The notes under the pieces: generated by a model
The model's database searches: none
Seen by the model: the letters and a program-made list of their open reading frames with translations, nothing else
What the model was told of the DNA's origin: nothing
Program-made: the position numbers and the translations under genes
In this document: piece after piece, positions 1-13,231 of the stretch
How the letters are laid out: every line of letters begins with the position of its first letter
Position numbering within the stretch: the first letter of the stretch is position 1
Source of the DNA: Leucoraja erinacea
Lineage: Eukaryota
Assembly (NCBI RefSeq): GCF_028641065.1
Contig: NC_073379.1
Coordinates: forward strand, 20,894,001-20,958,000
DNA: 64,000 nucleotides
Direction of reading: 5' to 3'

Positions 1-579
1 GAGTGTACAGATGCATGTCTTTATATTGTGCAACAAATGCCTGCATACAGGTCCACAGCTTCAGATTTATTTTAGATAACTATTTGGGATTGAAGGGGTT
101 ACATCCCAGATACTTTCGTGCTGCACTCACCAGGATCACTGACATTTCACTGCAGCAGAGAATTCACTCAGACCTCTGCATCATCACTTCCAGAATCTCT
201 CATGGACTAATAACCTCCACATCCTTTATGTCTCCTTATTGCTTGGTGACAGGATTTACAGATATATGGTCACCTCCTGTTTGATTGAACAACACACAAC
301 TTGATCCATTCACCACTTCTATTGATCCCTGTACTATTTTTGTGTTGTCAGGTAGTCTATCTGACATTGGATTTAACTGAGTTGCAACACTTTGTCGGTG
401 TAACATTAGGTAGACTGATGCTACAAGCTACAAATTCGCCACAAACCCCTTGAGCCCATCACTTATTCAAAGTTGTTTGCAATCTCAGCAATCGAATCCA
501 TTCAGACTTGATTCTCAGCTCTTGCATCCATCTCTGAATTAAAATGCACTCCTTTCCCTGCCCATTTACGATATGATAG

Positions 580-1000
580 GATAAAACTGTATTCATCTCA
601 GGAGGGAAAATGATCTGTTAAGCAGTCATAAAACATAGCAAAATACATGAAACATGAAATTAAAGTGACAAGTGGAACATCCAGGATTAGGGATGTGCAA
701 AGATTGGGGAGTGGGGGGGGGGGGAGAAGGGAAGGGGTCGGTCAGCTCCACAACAAAAGGGGAGGAGTTGTACAGTTTGATAGCCACAGAGAGAAAGGAT
801 CTCCTGTGACTTTCTGTGCTGCATCTTGGTGGAACCAGTCTGTGGCTGAAGGTGCTCCTCAGGTTGACCAGTGTGCATGGAGGTGATCTGTATTGTCCAA
901 GATGCTCCGCAGTTTGAGGAGCATCCTCTCCTCCAAGACCACCTCCAATGAATCCAACTCCGCCCCCAGGATGGAGCCAGCCTTCCTGATGAGCTTGTTA
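580..1000 (-). mobile_element. Rex1/Babar-type LINE 3' fragment
   Basis: Minus-strand translation KLIRKAGSILGAELDSLEVVLEERMLLKLRSILDN...RRSFLSVAIKLYNSSP resembles the Rex1/Babar ORF C-terminus. Confidence 0.7.
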
Positions 1001-2645
1001 ATTCTGTGGAATTATAATTATGAGAAATTCTAAAAAAATAATTTATTGATGATGATTATTCCAAGGCTTTGCCTTCAACACTCCTTATTAGTTTGCAGAC
1101 ATTGAGGCTCTTGTTGCTTCGATGCCATCCAACATCAAATCATTTACTGGGGAAATTTATGTTGGATGCAAGTAAAGATTTCATAAAAATAAAGGATCAA
1201 CACTTGGAATCATTATTCAGCTTAGCTATTGGTAACGTTAAATGTATTTAGCAGTAACTTAGATATTTTCTATTCTCAATGAATGAGCCAATTCAAATTA
1301 ACACTGTTTCCATCTAATTACCCTGATGAAATGAACATAATAACCCAAATAAACATGAGCTGGATTCTTCCATTTTCTTTCCCAAGCCTAATGATGAAGT
1401 AGAAGTTGATGTTAACATCAAAGTGTTCTCTAATTACTATTGTCACATTTAAATGACATGGACAACCTGAATAAGAAAGGTTTGGAGGAATAAGCATCTG
1501 GCACAGGCAGATAGGGCTATCTTGATTGGGGCATTGGGCTGACATGGATGAGTTGGGCTGAAGAGCCTGTTTCCTTGTTACGTGGGAGGAAACTGGAGCT
1601 CACAGGGATCTGCATGTGGTCACAGGGAGAACATGCAAACTCTGCACAAATAACACCAAAGGTTAGAATTGCAGGAGCTGTAAGGCAGAAGTACAAACAG
1701 AATTGCTGCACTCTTAACACTTGCTCAACGGGAAAGCAGAGGGCTGGTTTAATATTTCAGCCATATCACAGTTGTTTGTCACTCCAAGGTCAGGTCAGCC
1801 CTGAGCATTATCAACTTGTTACTCACTGGGTCAGTCAGGAGAAGACCGACCAACTCACCCCACTCATTGTTTTGCAGGTTAGCTATGAGTTGATTTCCCA
1901 TTTCGCGAGATGGTATTTTGTAAATAGTTTTTAAAATATGATGTCAGTCATGATGAAAAATTACATTAAAAAATAACCAGAATTGCTTTTCAGGTAGAAG
2001 TTTATGTGCATGTGTCATTGTTCAAGATTCAAAAAATGGTAGTACATTTAATATGAAAAAAATTAAATCAGGAAGCAATATGAAATTCTGCCACCTTGAC
2101 CTTTACCAACACAATTAAACCAAAAATCTCAGACCCAGCAACAAAAGGTGCATTCATTAAAAGAACTGCGCTTCAAACACATTTTGAACAATGAAAATCT
2201 TCAGCATCATCATTCTTAATACGCAGGCAACCACTATAGTGAATCCATGATCAGCAAGGTCCCTACGTACTGATCACTGTTTCTTGCTGAGGTTGGTGCG
2301 GTGATAACATCACCTTGCATCAGTAAATTATGCCTTGGACACTTTCACACCCAACAAGCAGTTTAACAGGAATCCCGAAATGGAATCTCGTGCAAAATTA
2401 TCCATCTTGATAATTACCAATAAAATAGTAAGATTAAACGAGAATTTACCAGTTTGAAGTTTGATCTTTATTTTATGAGGCGTTACGATGAGGAATTACG
2501 TGAAGAAGCCCGTTCAGCCGCACGTGCGTCAATCTTCAAAGAGGCGGTGTGAAATCACAGATAATAATAGTGACTGAAGTATGATAGTAAGATGAAAGAA
2601 GACTAGAACTACCAGATGATCTTAATAACGGCTGGGAATGGAGGG

Positions 2646-2758
2646 CACATAATCCCTCATCGTAACTCCTCATAAAATAAAGAACTAACTTCAAACTGGT
2701 AAGTTCTCATTTAATCTTTCTATTTTACTTCGGAGTCACGTGAGTGACTACATGAAGA
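2646..2758 (-). repeat. Internal complementary region (ICR) of DIRS copy 1
   Basis: Complementary to both element termini, which are joined through ATTTTA (2722-2727). Confidence 0.9.
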
Positions 2759-2909
2759 TTTCAAAGTTCTGTGATTTCATGCCATGAGAAACAGACTTAA
2801 GTTAAGCGACTCTTGATTACTCTATTTCAAGACCGACTCATAAAGCAAATTGGAGGAAGACATAAAAGACCATTCCTTATGCTTGTAGCGAGAATGTATC
2901 TTTCGCCAT

Positions 2910-5170
2910 TTTATGCTATAATTAATTTAAGCAGAGCAGTAGGGGTGTCAGGTCTCAAAATAGTTCAAGACATACCCAGGGATTTTTCGTTATGTGGGGA
3001 CACAAATATACAACAATACATCAAGGTCACCAAGAGACTTTGAGACATTGAGCTAACTATGATTGTTAGTTACAAAAGACGTTATAGGAACCTATCTGCT
3101 CAGGTTTTGTCAGGTGTTAAAACGGAGTTGAGGTACACAATGTCAATCTCCCATACTGCATTGTACTTGTCCTGGGAAACCTTTGTAACAGATGTCCTTT
3201 ACAAACTCGATATCCGAGGTGAACCCAACAACTTGGACCTCGTTAGCTTCAGTAAGTCTGATGGAAAGCCCCTTGGCACAGTTAATGACCCAATAATTCA
3301 ATATAGTCAAAGACCATTTAAATGAACTGCAATAACTCAGAATCTGTACCATTTTAAATACAACATGAGCATTAAACAAACGCTTCCCATCTGAAGCAGC
3401 AGAGTACCGCTTTTTGGCACCATTCCAGCACTGTGAATACATACAAAAATAGGCGTGACAACCCAAGCCGTAAGCAGTCTATTGAGAATCTGTAGAACAT
3501 ATATTAATTTTATCATGCAAAAGCTGATCTCTCAAGCCACAGGCTGAACCAGCAAGTTGCGTTTAAAAATAACCTTATAATGTTGCATTATTATTATTCC
3601 TGACCAATCGGGAATCAAACTGCTTAGGCCAATTCCACAGCTGGAACCTAAAGCGACTCGTGATGACTCTATTTCAAGACCGACTCATAAAGCAAATTGG
3701 AGGAAAACATAAAAGACCATTCCTTATGCTTGTAGCGAGAATGTATCTTTCGCCACTGTTATGCCACACATTTGTGCAACCTTTAATTAGTATGAAAACA
3801 ATATATCTAAATTTGGTGTTGCATTAAATCAGAATTTCATAAATACTGCGTGGACCATCATCCATTCTGTGTTGTCATTGATCTGTACTTAATCTAATTT
3901 GCCACTGGAGTATCATTATGTACCTTTTACAGGATCTTTTCCCTGATTGCACCCTTGTGCTTATCGTATGCCACATCTTAGTGTATCAACATGAAGTTGA
4001 GCATGCACCTATGCATATTCACTCAATCACTCTTTAACCCATAAATGCACTTAGGGTCTATAGATAGTTGATACCAATACTGAAGAGTTAATAACTCATT
4101 ACAAATCTCCTGCACCTCCAACTAGAGATGACATTTGCATGTTCCCACCTTAAGCCATAGCATCTTTTTTGCAATATAATGACATATTTATTGATCAACT
4201 ATTGGAGCAATGCTGAATACTGTTTCTCCATCATAGTGGCTTTATTAGCTTCAGCTGGCAATAGCAAGTTGTATTATCAATTACCTTCATGACCCTTATT
4301 GTTTGTCATTAAGCATGCTGTCAGTTCTCCCACTTGCTGCATCACATCTATTACATTGCCAGTTAGTCTAATGAATAGGAACTCCTTTATAACCACAAGG
4401 CTGTTCCAGGTTTCTATTGATTCCAATCTGTTGCCCAGGGCGGATCACAGGCCAACTATCCATTTGATAACAACCTAATTTTCTGGATAGGAGAGAACAA
4501 TCCCTCAATTAGCTTGAGACTGAGTGTATTTTAGCCAAATACAGCATCTAAAATATAATGTAGACAATACATCACAAGTGTTTTTGAACTCTGAGTAGTC
4601 CTTTGAATGATTTATTGTTATCATACTGTTTAAATTGCCTCATCATAACAATGCCTTCAAATATCTCTGATGATCATTGTACATGGAAAACCCTATGAAA
4701 TCAGTTTGTTCACCCTTCTTTCATAATGAACAGGCCACACCTGCCATCATTTCCAGTCTGCCCTGAACGGCAACTCTGGCCCAGTTCCAATAATTCTCAC
4801 ATGTCCCAAGACAACTCTTGCCATAATTCTGACCTTGCCTTGAAAGACAATTCCCATATCTCCGAGCCTGTCCCGAAGGCAACCTGGCTAAAATACGGGA
4901 CCTGGCTCAACACTCTTCTGGCCAAATTCCAACCTTCTTGGAATACTAGTATTGTCCAGTTACCTGGCTAAAATGCCTCTGAGTAGATGACAATGTCTCA
5001 ATTATTTGTGTATTGCCCAACCAATTGTAAATCTTACCAACTTGTTCATGGTCACTTAGTTGTAGAGTAACTCTGGTCAACTTTAATGCTGCTACCAGCT
5101 TCAGTGAACCGCTTCCTGCCGATGAAGCTGTGGGGTGTGTTTTCCCCTACACTATGAATCCTTACTCGTT
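2910..5170 (-). pseudogene. Heavily decayed DIRS gag/RT/MT/YR remnants
   Basis: Fragments KYNAVWEIDIV (YR N-terminus, ~3140-3170), FYVFPPICF and LIPDW (MT, 3600-3755), QLIS*GF and DHQRYLK (RT, ~4655-4710), HPTASS (gag, ~5120-5140) align by eye with the ORFs of the second DIRS. Many stops and deletions. Confidence 0.7.
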
Positions 5171-5804
5171 GTTGGCCTAATTGGTCCAACAGTTTATGTC
5201 TCGTCCTTCAGGTTTTGCCTGTGGAATAGGTCTTACCTGAATAGAAGATTCGGCAGGTGGCTCTAATGTCCCCTGATAGTGGTGTTCTCTGCATTGTGTT
5301 GGGATGGCAACCTTGCTGCCAGGAATCGTACCTCCGACATGTGTCCTTCATCCCTTGATGTATGCTCCATGCTATACCCTCAGCCTCAGTATCAGATTTA
5401 CACTGACCCGGCATGTTCTCCTCTTCCATAAGGGAGACATTAAGCAGCCCCACTACAAGGCGCTGCTGGCATGGCCTCTCCAACAGGCCCACCCTTTAGG
5501 GTTAGAAAATGCCCCGGTAAGCTCACCTCCTCCACTAGGGAGACATCATGCAGCCCTTCTACAGGTGCTGTTGCCATACATTTAAGCAACCCTATGCAAG
5601 GTGCTGCTGATGGCCTAGAGCAATAGGCCGGCACTGCCATAGATTCGGCAAACCCATTATGCAGCCCTGTTACAAGGAGCTGTTGGCAAGGGCTCTCCCA
5701 TCTGCCCAACACTGCCATATATCCTGGTGTTAGGGCGTATCTATCTTGAGCCTCCTCTCAATAAGTCTCCATCCTGGCAATTCCACATTATTAATTTTTT
5801 GCCC

Positions 5805-6450
5805 CTGAAGGAACCCTCCCGGCACTGGGACTGACCACTTGGGTCGATTTACCCCATATCTTGGGGACCTCCGCAGTCTGGGCACTGCATAGTTGGTGGA
5901 TTTCCCCTCCCCCGGGAATCCCAGCACCCTTATATATTACTGGAGGGAAAACCCCTACCGGCACCAGGGCTCACCGTTCCGGTCCGTTTAACCCCTTACC
6001 TGGGGACCCCTGCTGTCTGAAAACCGCATAATTACTGGATTCCCCAACCCAGGAACCCCAGCCTCTATATGTATATCGGGGAAAATCCTCCCGACACCCA
6101 GCATATATATTTATATCGGGGGAAACCCCTCCCGACTCCCGGTCTACTGGAGGTCCCTTCCATGGGAATCCCAAGATTAACATTCATATCGGAGGGAAAA
6201 GCCCTCCCGTCTCCCGGTGTACTGGAGGTCCCATCCCCGGGAAACCCCAGCATTCATATTCATATTGGGGGGAAGCCCTCCCGGCACCCGGCCTGCTGGA
6301 GGTCCCCTTCCCCGGGAAACCCCAGCATAAATCTTATTGTCAGAGGGAAACCCCTCCCGGCACCCAGCCTGCTGGAGGTCCCCTCCCTGGGAACCCCAGC
6401 GTCTCTGTGCCTATCGGAGGGAAACCCTCCCGGCACCCGGAGCGCCTGGA
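5805..6450. repeat. GC-rich ~75-bp tandem array inside DIRS copy 1
   Basis: GGAGGTCCC recurs at 6149, 6224, 6298 and 6374 (74-76 bp period). Longer ~139-bp and shorter ~40-bp variants lie to the left. Confidence 0.9.
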
Positions 6451-7709
6451 AGCCACTGACCCCCATCAGCGACCGGCTTCCGTGACACCCGACAAACCCA
6501 GCTACCCACTCTTGGCGGCAAGAACCGGGGTTTCCCCACAGCCCATAGCTGGTTCCCTCGTCGGGCCTTGCGAATCCTCCGGCAGGAAGCCTCTGGAACA
6601 ATAGGTTCCTGCAAGGAATAAAACAGGTAAGAAAACAAGCTTACCTTGAGTTTAAACTTACTGGGCTGGAGGAGCTCCTGCTCTGCAACCGGTCGCCTGC
6701 ACCAATACATCTGACGTAATGACGCACGTGTGGCTGAAAGGGCTTCTTCACGTAGTCACTCACATGACTCCGAAGTAAAATCCTGAAGATTTCATTCAGT
6801 TGGATTACACTATGGCCTTTCCTATCTCTCTCGAAAATGGGTTCAACTTCTTCAATCCACCTCGTATGCAGCCTCAACAGCCCGTTTTTTAAATTATTCT
6901 CCTTTTTTTGAACATTTCAAATCCAAGCCTATTCAAGTGCTTCCTTTGTGTAGTCATCCTGTAGGTCTGAGCAAAGATAGGATCTTTGAGTCTGAGTGAT
7001 CATTTTGGGGCCGACGAGTTTCATCCCGTTTAAACCTCCAAAATCTTTGCTTTCATTTGCAAAATCCCAATTTGCAGGAAGACAAAGAAAAGTGTTTTAA
7101 CATTCCTTTAACTTTTATTTTGGTCTTTTTTAATAAAAAATGTGAATGGATAATTGGGGATTATCTGCAGAGGGAGAGAGGTGCCAGATGCTGGTGGGAT
7201 GAGCTCCGATATATTATTTTCAATTATTCTTATTGCCACCAATATAAAGAACTAATCCATGAAGGATTTGAGTCCAGCTACAACATATCACGACAAGATA
7301 GCAAGGAATTAACTGGGTTTGAATGCATTATGAATCTATTCCATCTGTGGATTTTCCCCGTCCCAGTGTCTCTTCAATCGTTGACTCACTTTATTATTCA
7401 GAACATTGCCATTGTCCCTGCGGAGGTTCCAGCACCAGGATGTTAGAGTCAGAATTATGAACAATCAAAATTTTAATTGATATATTATTATTTGATTGTT
7501 ATAATATCTTAAAATCCTTGACCTTGAAAATTTAATTATGCCCATCACCTCAACAATGGAACACTAATCTCATGCACTAATATGGATTTTTGTTTCTAAT
7601 TATGTTTTTGCACTAATGTCTGCAAGGTGTCTATTCAAATGGTGCCCTCTGTTATTACTGCACCACACTTCTTCTTCAGTACGTTATTCTCATCTTTACA
7701 GAGTACTGA

Positions 7710-7912
7710 GTTCTCCCCGTGACCTGAATGGGTTTTCTCCGAGATTTTTGGTTTCCTCACACACTCCAAAGACGTACAGGTTCGTAGGTTAGTTGGCTTG
7801 GTAAATGTAAAAATTGTCCCTAGTGGGTGTAGGATAGTGTTAATATGCAGTGATCGCTGGTCGGCGCGGATCCGGTGGGCTGAAGGGCCTTGTTCTGTGC
7901 TATATCTCTAAA
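7710..7912 (+). mobile_element. V-SINE (HE1-like), 5'-truncated
   Basis: V-domain-like GTTCTCCCCGTGACC...TTTCCTCACACACTCCAAAGAC and tail TATCTCTAAACT. Confidence 0.8.
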
Positions 7913-8278
7913 CTCTCACACTGCAGAGTAACCATGGGACAAGACAGGTCCATCCTCTACACATCTCACACAGACATCACTAACACATTCCCTCATCTTG
8001 CAGTAGAAGATTGGACATTAGCCTCTCACATAGTAACTGGCCCCAGAAGAGTCCACGTCGCAGGGCTGGAAACTGGAAGTATCCCGAGCTAATTCAGCTA
8101 CCACCATCATCTATTGCAACAAGTGATGGCTCCCACTGTTTGCGCCGGAAGCTTGCGTCCTTTTTAGGACGGACGATGACAGCGATGTTAACATTTGAAA
8201 CATGGAAGATGGACACGAAAGAAGAAGAACATAATAACCATAGAAGGACTGAATTTAGCTGTGGGAGATAATGTACTG

Positions 8279-8572
8279 GACAGCACGGTGGTGCAGCAGT
8301 AGAGTTGCTGCCTTACAGCACCAGAGACCCGGGTGCAACCCTGACTATGGATACTGCCTGTGCAGTGTTTTTACATTCTCCTCGTGACTGTGTGGGTTTT
8401 CCCCGGGTGTTCTGGTTTCTTCCCACATTCCAAAGATGTACAGGTTTGTAAGTTAATTGGCTTTGGTTAAAAATTGTAAATTGTCCCTAGTGGGAAGGAT
8501 AGTGCTAGTGTTCGGTGATCGCTGGCCGGAGGACCAAATGGTCAGTTTCTGATCTGTATCAATAAACTAAAC
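8279..8572 (+). mobile_element. tRNA-derived V-SINE (HE1-like), full length
   Basis: A-box TGGTGCAGCAGT, degenerate B-box, central V-domain-like segment, (CTAAA) tail. Confidence 0.85.
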
Positions 8573-9411
8573 ACTGTTCTTCACCTCCATGGCAAACGTG
8601 ATGTGTGGAGTTTCTGGAGCCCACATTCTTCCTTTCCCCTCACTCAGCAGCTACTGTATATTCACTTCCTTCCTTACTTTGGCACTTTGGAACTTTGGCA
8701 CCAACAACAACACTCCATTCCTCTCTTTCATTCCTGGTGCTCTAATTACTGGGCTAGAATCTCAATGCTACCAAGACCCTGTTGGAATTGGATGAACAAA
8801 GAACTCCTCCAAATGGGTCTTGTGTTGATCACAGCTAGAATGCATCTTTGAGATTTCCATGTCCTGGCAGCACAGACACGTTGCACGATACATTGGGAAT
8901 ATTTCAGCTTTCAGTGCAAGTTGAGACCACTCAGACCATAGGTTACAGCTCTATCAATACCATCAACAACTTATTTTTGCACAAACTATCTGCCGGTTGG
9001 AATTCAGCAGGTTGAGGAGAATCTGTGGATGGAATGGAGTGGATGTTGTTTCAGGTCAAATCCCTGTATCAGGTCCTAAACTCAAGGGATTGAACAGCAT
9101 CTGAGGATGGAAAGGAATGGTTTATATTTTGGCTTGAAATACTTCATCCAAACCCAGATTCATCCTTAGTGCAACACTAGCTACTGGTTAATACGTTTCG
9201 AGAACCATGACATTCACCATCAAGACATTTTTCTTGTGATTTATATTGACAAGCAGATATTACAGATATTACGAAGCTAAAGAAAACAGAAAATTCTGGA
9301 AGTACTCGGAGGGTTCAGCCACATCTGTGGGAAAAGAAGCAAAGATAATGCTTCAGGTCATTAGATCTACTTAACATTTCCAGCATTAGATCTACTGAAT
9401 ATTCTAACATT

Positions 9412-9710
9412 TGGGTGGCACTTTGGTGCAGCGGTAGAGTTGCTGCCTTACAGCGCTTGAGACCCGGGTTCAAACCTAACTATGGATGCTGTCGGTACAG
9501 AGTTTGGGCATTCGCCCTGTGACCACGTGTTTTTTCTGTGGGATTTCCGGTTTCCTCCCACACTCCAGAGACGTACAGGTTTGTAGGTTAATTTACTTGG
9601 TATAATTGTAAATTGTCCCCGGTGAGCGTAGGATAGTGTTAATATACGGGGGTCGCCGGTCGATGTGGACCTGGTGGGCCAAAGGGCCTGTTTCTCTAAA
9701 CTAAACTAAG
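9412..9710 (+). mobile_element. V-SINE (HE1-like)
   Basis: Same consensus, B-box GGTTCAAACC, tail CTAAACTAAACTAA. Confidence 0.85.
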
Positions 9711-9789
9711 TTGTCATCTTCTCCCCCATATCCTTCAGTTCACAGCCCCTGCAACACAACCAGTGAGGTGACATTGTTATGAAGCAATG

Positions 9790-9857
9790 TTAGACTGAGG
9801 TGAAGTCATCTTCTGGTACATCTTCTAGGGGACATTTTGTCAATGGTGGAGTGAGAC
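9790..9857 (-). CDS. Tentative terminal coding exon (GLTPPLTKCPLEDVPEDDFTSV*)
   Basis: CCAG acceptor, protein-like acidic C-terminus ending in TAA, not recognised as a repeat. Gene not identified and the pyrimidine tract is weak. Confidence 0.25.
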
Positions 9858-10014
9858 CTGGCATATGTGCATTAACAAGAAGCCCAGTGATCTTCAGCTC
9901 ACCCTGTTGTACCTTGTGAGGACAGGAATTACATTTCTGCATTGCTCCATTGCAGAGCTGCCAACATTGGGTGAAAGGTGAGAGTGATAAATTGCGAGGG
10001 AGTGCACGGTGGGT

Positions 10015-10045
<31 letters not shown>

Positions 10046-10454
10046 GGGAGGGTAGGAAGCTTTTGCATTTCTCAGCTTCAAATTGTGGAATCTGGTGCAT
10101 TCTTCTAACTTAAACTTGTTGCAACATTTATGCTTCAAATTGGATTAGGTGTGAATAAGGTTAGGCTGAATTAAATTTCTAATTACATTCCACATTAGAG
10201 CCTGATCAACAGGTGCAGCACATGAATGACCTTAGTATATTCATGTATGGAAATCAGATAATAATTCATGCTGTTATGCATATATAGAGAAACAAAAACA
10301 TAGAAACAAGGCAAGAGGAGTCAGACTTCCATCACTATTCTGCACAAATAAATCAATTAACCTTACCCTTTGACTATAGTAACAAGATTAAAATAATGCC
10401 ACATATTCAACCGTATATGGTTCAATGAAATTAAGATATATATGTAAAAAATAT

Positions 10455-10712
10455 ATATGGAAACAGGCCCTTTGGCCCACCAAATCTGACACCGACCATA
10501 ATCTACCATACACCAGTTGTATCCTGCACGCCAGGGACAATTTACAGAAGCCATTTACCTTCTTTCAGATGTGGGAGAAACCGGAATTTCCACAGTAAAC
10601 CATGAGGTCATAAGGAGAATGTACAAATACTGTACAGACAGTAATCATAGTCAGGATCCAATCTGGGTCTGTGGTGCTGCAAGGCAGCAACTCTACCACT
10701 GCGCCACCGTGC
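10455..10712 (-). mobile_element. V-SINE (HE1-like)
   Basis: Reverse complement of the SINE consensus (GCAGCAACTCTACCACTGCGCCACCGTGCC). Confidence 0.8.
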
Positions 10713-10835
10713 CACTCTATTAATTTTTTTTCTGTAATATTTATTATGATGACACGTCAATAAAGATGAACACATGATTCTGATTTCTGTCTTTATTTGG
10801 ATAACACACATCTCCAGTCATTGTATTTTAATGTT

Positions 10836-11150
10836 TAAGAAGGAACTGCAGATGCTGGAAAATCGAAGGTACACAAAAAGCTGGAGAAACTCAGCGGGTG
10901 CAGCAGCATCCATGGAGCGAAGGAAATAGGCAACGTTTCGGGCCGAAACCCTTCTTCAGACTGATTGGGGGTGGGGGGGGGGGGGGCGGGGACAAGAAAG
11001 GAAAAAGGAGGAGGAGCCCGAAGGCTGAGGGATGGGAGGAGAGGGGGACTGAGGAAGGGGAGGAGATAGCAAGGACTAACAAAATTGGGAGAATTCGATG
11101 TTCATGCCCCCAGGATGCAGACTCCCCAAGCAGAATATGAGGTGCTGTTA
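10836..11150 (-). mobile_element. Penelope-like element 3' end/pseudo-LTR with hammerhead core
   Basis: Minus strand reads CTGAAGAAGGGTTTCGGCCCGAAACGTT, preceded by sequence resembling the PLE endonuclease C-terminus (HLIFCLGSLHP). Confidence 0.75.
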
Positions 11151-13231
11151 TATTATGTTATATTTAGCTGTAACTAAACACTCGTGACTCTTTCTCTCCC
11201 CTGCAGCTTTCCCTTGTGCTTCATTTGTCTGGATCCTGTGCAGAGTGTTTCTTTAAGAATTGATGCCTTTATCTGATCACAGTACAGCAGACCATCCTGA
11301 GCTGTGTCAGCTGAGCATAACTCTGCATGCATGATCTCGTTTTAATGTCTCTCTCTGGGTGTAAAGAGGGATGAAGTGGTTGAGGTTGTTTCTGAAATTA
11401 GATTAAAAGATGTGCAGAGTAAACATCCACAGAACATTCATACTCAATGATTATACGTTGCATGGAACAATAAAAACGCTGCTCCACAGGAAGAAGCAGT
11501 ATAACCATGGCTAACAAGTTTAGGAGAGTGCATGAAAGGATTAAGTTGAAACGGTTGCCAAAAGAAACACTAACCCTTAGGTTTGGAAGCATTTTGTAAA
11601 TCAGCAAGCTTTTACTAAGGAATTATAAAGAGGGAGAAAGAATTTGAGAGTGAATTAGTATGAAACGTAAGAACAGATCGGAATAGCTTCGCAGGAGTGA
11701 ATGTAGATACATGTCCTTATAAGTAAATATATGTCCTATATAAATCAGAGACAAGGGAAATAATAATTGGGAATAAGGAAATGACAGTGACATTAAACAA
11801 ATATTTTGCGTCTGCCTTCAGACACAAAGTACACAATGGAAATTGAGTGGAATCTAAGGTCCACGGTGAGTGAGGTACTTAAAGTAATTAATATTTGTGA
11901 AAAGAAATGACCAGGGAAATGAATGAGCCTTGGTGCTGACAAGCTGAGTGGATGGTGCTCACAGAGCTCCACTCTGAGCATAGAGCTGTTGGGCTCTCCA
12001 CCCTCCTGACACCTCACTCACAATTTCAAGCCAGGCCTGCCAACACATGACACCCTTAACATCACCCATTCCTTCTCTCCAGAGATGCTGCCTCTCCCAC
12101 TGAGTTACGGTACTCCAACATTTTGTGTCTATCAGGTTTGTAAGTTAATTAGCTTCGTAAAATGGTACGTTGTCCCTGGTGTGTAAGATAGTGCTAATGT
12201 GTAGAGTCAGAGCAGACTCAATGCAGGTCAGTGCAGACTCGGTGGGCCGAAGGGTCTATTTCCACACCGTATCTCTAAGGTTTCCTCCCACACTCCAAAG
12301 ATGCACAGGTGTGTAGGTTAATTGTCTTAGTGTATGTGTAAATAATCCCTAGTGTGTATAGGATAGTGTTAATGTGAAAGGATCGTTGGTCAGTGCGGAC
12401 TCGGTGGGCCGAAGGGCCTGTTTACGCGCTGTATCTCTAAAACTAAACGGATTAAAACTGAAATTTGCTGCCTGCTCCATTTAATCAAAGGGGAGCCTTT
12501 CTGATCTCCGGAAAATTGAGGACATCTTTTCTCCTTTCTGCCTCTGGAAACACTTGCTTGTGGTTTACTTTATCTCTTGATGGGCCACCACTTTAAGAGG
12601 TCAAGGGTCGGTGTTCATCAGGGCCAGTTGGCTTTGGTGGGTCAGCCCCTCACAATGGTGGACATTGTAGAAATGCACCAAGTGATATCAGAGCTAGCCT
12701 CCCATGTTGAGCTCTAGGGAAAGTTACTCGAGGGCCTGCTGTTACTCCCAACACTCATATAACATAAGCCTGTTGTAAGAGACCAGCAATCTTAAATTTA
12801 GGACCAGAGTGGCAACCAAACTCCTGCTACAATTCCACTTGTGACACTAAGGCAATAAGCGGAAGATTCAGTGAATTCTTATTAATTGATTATGCAGACG
12901 GGACCAATTCAAACAGATACATGGACAGGAAAGGTTTCGAGGTATATGGGCCAAATGCGAGCAAGTGGGGCACCTTGATTGACATGGGAAATCTGGGCCA
13001 CAGGGCCTGTTTCCATGCTGTGTGACTCTGTGACTCTATACAGTTAATCACCCATCATCTTCATATCTTTTATTCCCACTGTGCAATTTAGTTCTCATGG
13101 TATTCGATTTAATGCATGAATATTACGGGTTCGGCAATATATGCACATTTTCCCTGTGGTATTTCTGAAAGTTGGGTAACAGCCTTAAAATTGGTCCCAT
13201 TTGCATCACATTGGGCCAAGTGTTTGCATAA

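Larger units (their letters stand above)
2421..6781 (-). mobile_element. DIRS1-like retrotransposon, degenerate non-autonomous derivative
   Basis: Left ITR at 6720-6781, right ITR plus extension at 2421-2531, ICR at 2646-2758. Termini closely match those of the element at 29376-33840. TAAAAT at both ends (2421-2426, 6776-6781). Decayed gag, RT, MT and YR remnants inside. Confidence 0.9.

Noticed and set aside
5805-6450. CRISPR array call for the repeat/variable-segment array
   Set aside because: Eukaryotic context and no cas genes. The variable segments are only 15-16 nt and related to each other, and the repeats are ~60 nt and degenerate.
8279-8350. tRNA genes
   Set aside because: The A/B-box heads continue into the SINE body in every copy, so they are SINEs rather than tRNAs
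10010-10050. Poly-Pro/poly-Gly ORFs from G runs (also 38890-38917 and 39075-39105)
   Set aside because: Homopolymer tracts of unreliable length with no coding support
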